A DNA stretch of 64,000 nucleotides from the human T2T-CHM13v2.0 reference genome, Homo sapiens. Location: the NCBI RefSeq assembly GCF_009914755.1, contig NC_060946.1. One strand, 5' to 3'. Positions 55,266-64,000 of the stretch are shown piece after piece; the stretch's first letter is position 1; the number at the start of each line of letters is the position of its first letter. The notes under the pieces were generated by a model. It was given only the letters and a program-made list of their open reading frames with translations. It had not been told where the DNA came from and did not search any database. The translations under genes and the position numbers were made by a program.

Positions 55266-58200
55266 GATTAGGAAACCTGCAGCTCCCAGGGGCCCCCACT
55301 AATGTTCTAACTCGCAGAAGGAAGGAGTGTGTGTGCGTGTGTGCGTGTGCGTGTGTGTGTGTGTGTGTTTGTGTGTGTGCGGTGTGAGGTATGGGCCCCT
55401 TAAGGAAATGGAAATCAACCAACCAATGGGACAGACAGACAGACAGACAGACAGAGATTCACTTGCCCAAGTGTTCTGTCCTGTCCTCTGAATCCGCTTT
55501 CAAGTCGCAAGACGCTGTGAGCTCCAAGTCCACGCAGAGTCCGCCAAACGCTCCGGCCGCTGATCCGCTCCGCGAAGATCTGAGTACAGGCCAGCCAGGG
55601 TGGGTTTACATAGCCTCGGGCGCAGCCTAGCAGCGGAAAGGGCGGAGCTTCACTCCTCCTTTCCATCAGTCACCCCCAACTTTCCCAGGCTACACCTCGT
55701 AGGAAACTGTTCTCCTGCTTTGATTTCATGCGCCACCTTTGGGACAATCTAAGAACTTACAGGTTTTCTTGGCCAGATTTATTAGGAATTGTATGCACTG
55801 AAACACTGAAAACCAACTAGTGGTTCTGTGCTTCCCACGTTGTGGTTTTGACACCAGCAGCATCCTTGCCACAATCAAACCCCGGAGATCCGCAGATCTG
55901 TGTTGTAACAAGACCTCCCCCTGACCCTGATGCATGGCAGTTGAAGAAGTCTTTCCGTGTAAGCGAAAAGACTTTGAAGAAAAGGTGGAGATATGCGTAG
56001 TATAAACATTCTTTGGCTCTGGAACCACGTAGAGACTTGGGAGACAGTTGCGTGGAGCATTCGTTGGATGAGGGTTCTCGGGTTTGGAATATCAAGGTGT
56101 TTCTCCAGATAATCCAATCATCTAATTAAGATTCCACTTATGCTCATCTGTTTTAAAATTCCGTTTGGGTAAATTCTTTTAGTCAGACTGAGAATGGCAA
56201 AGCCTCAACCCCAATTTCCAGGGAGGGTGGAGAGCCTCAGGTGGAGTTGATCACCAATAGCCTATGGTTTAACCCATCATGCCTATAGAATGAGGTCTCC
56301 ATCAAAACCCAAAAGGACTGGGTTCAGAGAGCTTCTGGATAACACTTCCTGGAAGGTAGTGCACCCCTCCCCGCATGCCGGGCCCCACATTTATTTCTGA
56401 ACTTTGTGCAATGTCCGCTAAAATACAACGGCAAATGTAAGTGTTTCCCTGCGTGCTGTGAGCTCTTCCAGCAAATGAATGCAACTAAATCTGGGAGTGG
56501 TGGCAACCTGATTTATAGCCAGTTGCTGAGAAGCACAGGTAAAACAACGTAGGGCTTCCCATTGTTATTGGTGTGGGAGGCCTGTCTGGCGGGACTCGGC
56601 CCTTTGGAATCTAATGCTATGTCCCGGTAGGTAGCGTCACCATTGAATTAGAAGACACACATATGTGGAGAATAATCTTTCTGGTCATTTACTGCATGTC
56701 ATATTTACAATATGTAATCAAATTCTTTATCCTGACCTTATGGCACCTGGGTTTAGGACCATGATTTGAACCAAACGTTGGTCTGTCACTTTCTGAGTTT
56801 GAAACTTTATTTTGCCTTTAGCGTTTTGCTATTGCTTTTTCGTTTTCTTTTGTTTCGTTTCGTTTCTAAGTTCTGGGGTATATGTGCAGGATGTGCAGAT
56901 TTGTTACTAAGGTAAACGTGTGCCATGGTGGTTTGCTGCACCTGTCAACCCGTCACCTAGGTATTAAGCCCAGCATGCAGTAGCTGTTTTTCTTAACGCT
57001 CTGCCTCCCGAAAGGCCCCAGTGTGTGTTGTTCCCCTTCCTGTGTCCATGGGATCTCACTTTTCAGCTCCCATTATAAGTGAGAAGGTGGCGTTTGGTTT
57101 TCTTTCCCTGGATTAGTTTGCTGACGATAATGACCACACATCACCACTGTTTTTGTTTTTTAGTATAAAGAGTAGTATTTTATTGAATAAGATTTGCTCA
57201 CAGAAAAATAAGCTTAAATCTACAATGAATGCCAGACCCTACAGCAGAAAGCAATTTTCTCACTTTTCCACACACAATGGTTCCTACTAAGTGAAAAAAA
57301 AGCCATAAAATTTCATTCACAAATGTACTACTCTGTCTCAAAACATCTCACGTAATCATGCACTGTACTAAAGCCATCAGATCAGTTCTTCAGTCAGGTT
57401 AAAGAAGTATCCCTCTAATAACTGACTTTTATAATGCTATCAATATCCACTCCCAATCAGTCTGCCATTGTTAATGGTGTACAGCATTACTGAATACAAC
57501 GGAATTGATGACGCCCATATCCACAGACAAACCGTGACTTATGATGGTTTGACTTATGATTTTTCAACGTTATGATGGGTTTATTGGAATATTAGATTCG
57601 TTTCTGAGTTACACTGGGTTTATGAGTATGCGACCCTACACTCCAGAAACAGCTGTATAAGGAAAAACAGGAGTACCTAATAAAAATATGCTTAGTGACT
57701 TGGGATAAACCAATAGATGTTCACAAGTGATGGAGAGTCGTGAAAGAGAGATAGCGGTAAATAGTTACAATAACACAATTTTCCTGCACCTGTCGAGGAT
57801 TTACCCCAAAAAACGCAGAATGTGGGATGCACCTAAGGCATATGAAAGAGAGAGGGCAGAAGGAGTAAGAGAGAAATAGGAGGAAGGAAGGAAGGAAGCA
57901 AGCAAGGAAGAAAGGAAGGAAGGAAAGAAGGAAGGAAGGACGGAAGGAAGGAAGGAAGGAAGGAAGGAAGGAAGGAAGGAAGGAAGGAAAGAAGGATGAA
58001 AGGAAGGAGAAAACACCGGTGTTACTAAAACCCCCCAAAAAATGGTTTCCCCCTGTGGGTAAGCCTACAATGTGGATGAATCTTGAAAATATTGTGCTAC
58101 GTGTTATGTCAGTCATAGCAGCTCACCTATTGTGCAATTCCGTTTATAGGAAATGTCCACAATATGGAAATCTATGCATATGGGATTGATCGCACTAGGT

Positions 58201-58744
58201 AGTTGCTACCTAGGTCTGAGGGTCAGGGAGAGGGTTTGAGACAGAATGAGGAGTGACTAATGTCTACAGGGTCTTTCTCTGGTCGGGGGTGATAAGACGT
58301 TTTACAATGGATTGCGAATTAAAATTGAATGTGCACAACCACAGGTATACTAAAAGCCACTCAATTCATGACCTTTAATGGGGGAATCTTACGTGGCGTA
58401 GTCTCATGGAGACCACGGCAGACATAGTGAGAGAGAAAAAGGTGAGTAAATATCTGAAACGGAGGCAGAAACAGAGAGAATGAAAAGCCCTGTGAATGGA
58501 AGGGAGAGCGAAAAGGGAAAATGGTCCTATTTACAAATGACAGATGTGAAACTGGGGTTCACATCAACAGTGTCACTGCCAGGAAGGAGGGTCATGCTAG
58601 CCATGTCACCGGTAGTGTGGCCCGCAGGGACGCTGACCTGCTGGAGCGTCGTGCCAGCATGGGCTGTGGCAACCACGTGGGCCAGCAGGAGGTTCCCGCT
58701 GCACAGCTGTGGGGTGAGGATAGACTGGGTGGTGATATCGGCCA

Positions 58745-61700
58745 TTACAGAGGCCCTCTTCTGCTGGCAAGAGTGTGACAGTAGCAAGTAGATGGACAGG
58801 CCTGCGTGTGAGGACGGAATGCAGGAGGGGTTCTTGTGCGCCTGGGTGTGGGGCCCTCACGGGAACCGTGGAGAAATGGCCAGGTAACTGCGTCATGTGG
58901 GCTAGTAGATTGGCCAGGGCTTCGAACTGAAGGACGATAACGGGGAGTAGCTGTCAGGCCCTGGGAGTGCCTGAGTGTAAGTGGAGATGGGTTTGGGGTC
59001 ACTGAGGGATGCGTGGGAGCCATCCCTGTATAGGTACAGGTCATAGGGAGATAGTCTCGTGAGGCCTGTGAGTGTCTAGGGTTGTCCTGGGTGCCTGGGG
59101 CTGACTGTGGCAGAAATCTGGGGAAGGCTGGAGAGAAGCTGGGAGACCCAGGAGAGTCCCTGAAGGCAGGGGGTGAAGAGGTGAAAGAAATGGGGGAGGG
59201 TTGCAGTAAGGTCCGTGAGTTTGTAGGTGATTCCTGGGTGCGGGAAGCTGACTCCAGGTGAAATCTGGAGATGGTTGGAGAGTAGCTGAGAGAGACAGAA
59301 GAGTCCCTGAGGGCTGGGGGTGAGAACATGAGGGAGACGGGGGAGTAAGTCAGTGAAATTCGTGAGTTCGGTGGTGTATCGTGGGTGCCTGGAACTGACT
59401 CCAGCTGGAATCTAGAGAAGTTTTGAGAGTAGCTGAAGGAGACACAAGAGTCCCTGTGGGCTGAGGGCAAAGACCTGAGACAGACCAGGGAGGACCTCAG
59501 TGAAGTCTGTGAGTCTGTAGGTGATTCCGGAGTGTGGGAGGCTGACTCCCGCTGAAATCTGGGCGTGGTGGGAGAGTAGCTGGGACAGACAGGAGAGTCC
59601 CAGGGGGCTGGGGGTGACGACGTGAGAGAGACTGGGGAGTAACTCAGTGAAATTGCTGAGTTGGTTGGTGATACCTGGGTGCCTGGAACTGACCCCCGCT
59701 GAAATCTGGGCATGGTTGGAGAGTAGCTGGGACACACAGGAGAGTCCCTGAGGGCTGGGGGTGAAGACATGAGCGAGACCGGGGAGTAACTGAGTGAAAC
59801 TGGTGAGTTTGGTGGTGACTCCGGGGTGCCTGGAACTGACTCCAGCTGAAATGTGGGCGTGGTTGGAGAGTAGCTGGGACAGACAGGAGAGTCCCTGAGG
59901 ACTGGTGAAGACATGAGAGAGACTGGAGAGTAATTGAGTGAAATTGGTGAGTTTGGTGGTGATTCCTGGGTGCCTGGAACTGACTCCCGCTGAAGTGTGG
60001 GCGTGGTTGGAGAGTAGCTGGGACACACAGGAGAGTCCCTGAGGGTTGGAGATAAAGACGTGCTAGAGACTGAGGAGTAACTGAGTGAAATTGGTGAGTT
60101 TGGTGGTGATTCCGGGGTGCCTGGAACGGACTCCAGCTGAAATGTGGGCGTGGTTGGAGAGTAGCTGGGACAGACGGGAGAGTCCCTGAGGGATGGTGAA
60201 GACATGAGAGAGACTGGGGAGTAACGCAGTGAAATTGGTGAGTTTGGTGGTGATTTCTGGGTGCCTGCAACGGACTCCCGCTGAAGTGTGGGCGTGCTTG
60301 GAGAGTAGCTGGGACAGACAGGCGAGTCCCTGAGGGTTGGAGATAAAGACGTGCTAGAGACTGAGGAGTAACTGAGTGAAATTGGTGAGTTTGGTGGTGA
60401 TTCCGGGGTGCCTGGAACGGACTCCAGCTGAAATGTGGGCGTGGTTGGAGAGTAGCTGGGACAGACGGGAGAGTCCCTGAGGGATGGTGAAGACATGAGA
60501 GAGACTGGGGAGTAACGCAGTGAAATTGGTGAGTTTGGTGGTGATTTCTGGGTGCCTGCAACGGACTCCCGCTGAAGTGTGGGCGTGCTTGGAGAGTAGC
60601 TGGGACAGACAGGCGAGTCCCTGAGGGTTGGAGATAAAGACGTGCTGGAGACTGGGGAGTAACTCAGTGAAAGTGGTGGGCTTGGTGGTGATCCCAGGGT
60701 TCCTGGAACTGACCCGCGCTGAAATGTGGGCGTGGTTGGAGAGTAGCTGGGACAGACTGGAGGGTCCGTAAGGGCTGGGGGTGAAGACGTGAGAGAGACT
60801 GGCGAGGATCTCACTGAGGTCTGTGAGTTTGTAGGTGTTTCTGGGGTGTGGGGTACAGACTCCCGCTGAAATCTGGGCGTAGTTGGAGAGTAGCTGGGAC
60901 AGACAGGAGAGTCATGGGTGGCTGGGGGTGAGCTGCTGGATGATGGCAGTAAGAACATATGGTACATTATTGATGAATGAGGTGACTGTGAAGAATCTCC
61001 AGAGGAGGACACGGGAGAACACAATGACATGAGTGACTGTCCTGCTTGGTTAGGAAAGGGAAACGTAAAGTTGTGGAATTCTGTTGATGATGGATGTGAG
61101 AGTGGTGAAGCCCTGCGGGATGATGTAGAGGACTTCCACATCCCTGGTGAGGAGCTGCCCCTTGGGTCTGAGTTTCTGGGAGGGGAGAGGGAGAAGCTGG
61201 GTGAGGCAGGCATGAATCTTGAGGAGTCAGGGCTGGGGGACCGCTCATATTCTCCCGAGACCTGTGAGTCTCTGGGGGACTCCTGGGTGCATGGGGCTGA
61301 CTCCCGCAGGAACCTGGGGATGGCTGGAGAGTAACTGGGAGCCACAGGAGGGTCCCTGAGGCCTGGGGGTGAAGAGATGCAAGACACAGGGGTGGAGCAG
61401 CGTGAGGCTCGTGAGTTTGTAGGTGATTCCTGGGTGTGGGGGGCTGACTCCAGCTGAAATCTGGGGTTGTTTGGAGAGTAGCTGGGAGACACAGGAGAAC
61501 CCCCGAGAGCTGGGGGTGAGCTGCTGGGTGATGGCAGTAAGAACATGTGGTATATTATTGATGAACGTGGGGACTCTGAGGAGTCCTCAGAGGAGGACAC
61601 GGCAGAGCCCAATGGCTTCATTGATTGCCCATCACGGTGAGGACAGGGAAATGGGAGCTTGTGGGATTCTGGTGATGACAGAGGTGAGTGTGGTGAAGCC

Positions 61701-61879
61701 CTAGGGGATGGTGAATGGTAGTTCCGGATCCCTGGTGAGGAGCTTCCCCTTAAGCCTGAGTTTCTGAGAGGGGAGAGGGAGAAGCTGGGTGAGGCTCGCA
61801 TGGACCTTGGGGTGTCCGTGCTGGGGGACCGTTCATAAGAAGAGCCAGACAAGACCCTACTGTTCTTAGGTGCAGACAT
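58745..61879 (-). CDS. C-terminally truncated copy, 1044 aa (unit 10; extra dimer, ends RRGPL)
   Basis: +1 C at 58754-58756. TATA at 62213-62220. Confidence 0.45.
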   Translation of the reverse strand: MSAPKNSRVLSGSSYERSPSTDTPRSMRASPSFSLSPLRNSGLRGSSSPGIRNYHSPSPRASPHSPLSSPESHKLPFPCPHRDGQSMKPLGSAVSSSEDSSESPRSSIIYHMFLLPSPSSSPPALGGSPVSPSYSPNNPRFQLESAPHTQESPTNSRASRCSTPVSCISSPPGLRDPPVAPSYSPAIPRFLRESAPCTQESPRDSQVSGEYERSPSPDSSRFMPASPSFSLSPPRNSDPRGSSSPGMWKSSTSSRRASPLSHPSSTEFHNFTFPFPNQAGQSLMSLCSPVSSSGDSSQSPHSSIMYHMFLLPSSSSSPPATHDSPVCPSYSPTTPRFQRESVPHTPETPTNSQTSVRSSPVSLTSSPPALTDPPVCPSYSPTTPTFQRGSVPGTLGSPPSPPLSLSYSPVSSTSLSPTLRDSPVCPSYSPSTPTLQRESVAGTQKSPPNSPISLRYSPVSLMSSPSLRDSPVCPSYSPTTPTFQLESVPGTPESPPNSPISLSYSSVSSTSLSPTLRDSPVCPSYSPSTPTLQRESVAGTQKSPPNSPISLRYSPVSLMSSPSLRDSPVCPSYSPTTPTFQLESVPGTPESPPNSPISLSYSSVSSTSLSPTLRDSPVCPSYSPTTPTLQRESVPGTQESPPNSPISLNYSPVSLMSSPVLRDSPVCPSYSPTTPTFQLESVPGTPESPPNSPVSLSYSPVSLMSSPPALRDSPVCPSYSPTMPRFQRGSVPGTQVSPTNSAISLSYSPVSLTSSPPAPWDSPVCPSYSPTTPRFQRESASHTPESPTDSQTSLRSSLVCLRSLPSAHRDSCVSFSYSQNFSRFQLESVPGTHDTPPNSRISLTYSPVSLMFSPPALRDSSVSLSYSPTISRFHLESASRTQESPTNSRTLLQPSPISFTSSPPAFRDSPGSPSFSPAFPRFLPQSAPGTQDNPRHSQASRDYLPMTCTYTGMAPTHPSVTPNPSPLTLRHSQGLTATPRYRPSVRSPGQSTSPHDAVTWPFLHGSREGPTPRRTRTPPAFRPHTQACPSTCYCHTLASRRGPL

Positions 61880-64000
61880 GATTAGGAAACCTGCAGCTCC
61901 CAGGGGCCCCCACTAATGTTCTAACTCGCAGAAGGAAGGAGTGTGTGTGCGTGTGTGCGTGTGTGTGTGTGTGTGTTTGTGTGTGTGCGGTGTGAGGTAT
62001 GGGCCCCTTAAGGAAATGGAAATCAACCAACCAATGGGACAGACAGACAGACAGACAGACAGAGATTCACTTGCCCAAGTGTTCTGTCCTGTCCTCTGAA
62101 TCCGCTTTCAAGTCGCAAGACGCTGTGAGCTCCAAGTCCACGCAGAGTCCGCCAAACGCTCCGGCCGCTGATCCGCTCCGCGAAGATCTGAGTACAGGCC
62201 AGCCAGGGTGGGTTTAAATAGCCTCGGGCGCAGCCTAGCAGCGGAAAGGGCGGAGCTTCACTCCTCCTTTCCATCAGTCACCCCCAACTTTCCCAGGCTA
62301 CACCTCGTAGGAAACTGTTCTCCTGCTTTGATTTCATGCGCCACCTTTGGGACAATCTAAGAACTTACAGGTTTTCTTGGCCAGATTTATTAGGAATTGT
62401 ATGCACTGAAACACTGAAAACCAACTAGTGGTTCTGTGCTTCCCACGTTGTGGTTTTGACACCAGCAGCATCCTTGCCACAATCAAACCCCGGAGATCCG
62501 CAGATCTGTGTTGTAACAAGACCTCCCCCTGACCCTGATGCATGGCAGTTGAAGAAGTCTTTCCGTGTAAGCGAAAAGACTTTGAAGAAAAGGTGGAGAT
62601 ATGCGTAGTATAAACATTCTTTGGCTCTGGAACCACGTAGAGACTTGGGAGCCAGTTGGGTGGAGCATTCGTTGGATGAGGGTGCTCGGGTTAGGAATAT
62701 CAAGGTGTGGCTCCAGATAATGCAATCATCTAATTAAGATTCCAGTTATGCTCATCTGTTTTAAAATTCCGTTTGGGTAAATTCTTTTAGTCAGACTGAG
62801 AATGGCAAAGCCTCAACCCCAATTTCCAGGGAGGGTGGAGAGCCTCAGGTGGAGTTGATCACCAATAGCCTATGGTTTAACCCATCATGCCTATAGAATG
62901 AGGTCTCCATCAAAACCCAAAAGGACTGGGTTCAGAGAGCTTCTGGATAACACTTCCTGGAAGGTAGTGCACCCCTCCCCGCATGCCGGGCCCCACATTT
63001 ATTTCTGAACCTTGTGCAATGTCCGCTAAAATACAACGGCAAATGTAAGTGTTTCCCTGCGTGCTGTGAGCTCTTCCAGCAAATGAATGCAACTAAATCT
63101 GGGAGTGGTGGCAACCTGATTTATAGCCAGTTGCTGAGAAGCACAGGTAAAACAACGTAGGGCTTCCCATTGTTATTGGTGTGGGAGGCCTGTCTGGCGG
63201 GACTCGGCCCTTTGGAATCTAATGCTATGTCCCGGTAGATAGCGTCACCATTGAATTAGAAGACACACATATGTGGAGAATAATCTTTCTGGTCATTTAC
63301 TGCATGTCATATTTACAATATGTAATCAAATTCTTTATCCTGACCTTATGGCACCTGGGTTTAGGACCATGATTTGAACCAAACGTTGGTCTGTCACTTT
63401 CTGAGTTTGAAACTTTATTTTGCCTTTAGCGTTTTGCTATTGCTTTTTCGTTTTCTTTTGTTTCGTTTCGTTTCTAAGTTCTGGGGTATATGTGCAGGAT
63501 GTGCAGATTTGTTACTAAGGTAAACGTGTGCCATGGTGGTTTGCTGCACCTGTCAACCCGTCACCTAGGTATTAAGCCCAGCATGCAGTAGCTGTTTTTC
63601 TTAACGCTCTGCCTCCCGAAAGGCCCCAGTGTGTGTTGTTCCCCTTCCTGTGTCCATGGGATCTCACTTTTCAGCTCCCATTATAAGTGAGAAGGTGGCG
63701 TTTGGTTTTCTTTCCCTGGATTAGTTTGCTGACGATAATGACCACACATCACCACTGTTTTTGTTTTTTAGTATAAAGAGTAGTATTTTATTGAATAAGA
63801 TTTGCTCACAGAAAAATAAGCTTAAATCTACAATGAATGCCAGACCCTACAGCAGAAAGCAATTTTCTCACTTTTCCACACACAATGGTTCCTACTAAGT
63901 GAAAAAAAAGCCATAAAATTTCATTCACAAATGTACTACTCTGTCTCAAAACATCTCACGTAATCATGCACTGTACTAAAGCCATCAGATCAGTTCTTCA

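Larger units (their letters stand above)
392..64000. repeat. ACRO1-type composite macrosatellite: 9 complete and 1 truncated head-to-tail units of 6.2-6.6 kb
   Basis: The marker gagggtttgagacagaatg recurs at 392, 6686, 12858, 19465, 25782, 32385, 38988, 45301, 51617, 58230, giving unit lengths 6294, 6172, 6607, 6317, 6603, 6603, 6313, 6316, 6613. The ORF track repeats with the same period. The ACRO1 name comes from recall of a 147-bp monomer with a MER21/L1 composite structure. Confidence 0.93.

Noticed and set aside
12858-64000. Regular higher-order repeat of long and short units
   Set aside because: The order L,S,L,L,S,S,L,L (units 3-10) and the diagnostic variants show no consistent multi-unit period within this window.

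Overview
Eukaryotic, primate (human or great ape) heterochromatin rather than a prokaryotic locus. Bases 1-391 are the end of a GC-rich ~216-bp gamma-satellite (GSATII-like) block. From 392 to the end lies a head-to-tail macrosatellite of ~6.2-6.6-kb units (9 complete and 1 truncated, starting at 392, 6686, 12858, 19465, 25782, 32385, 38988, 45301, 51617, 58230). It matches, from recall, the ACRO1 composite repeat of acrocentric short arms. Each unit holds a 147/144-bp ACRO1-type satellite array, (TG)n, (GACA)n and (GGAA)n microsatellites, and fragments of MER21 LTR, L1PA, MER47-like and L1M elements. The main observation is that each unit is built like a minus-strand Pol II gene: GC box, TATTTAAA at -31, a consensus Inr, an ATG-free 5' leader, a ~2.8-3.3-kb ORF running through the whole satellite, and a downstream AATAAA. 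The 49-aa monomer splits into 7 heptads in the register of the RNA polymerase II CTD repeat (YSPTSPS). Three copies (units 2, 3, 8) are full length and seven carry nonsense or frameshift lesions. Expression and function cannot be shown from sequence alone.
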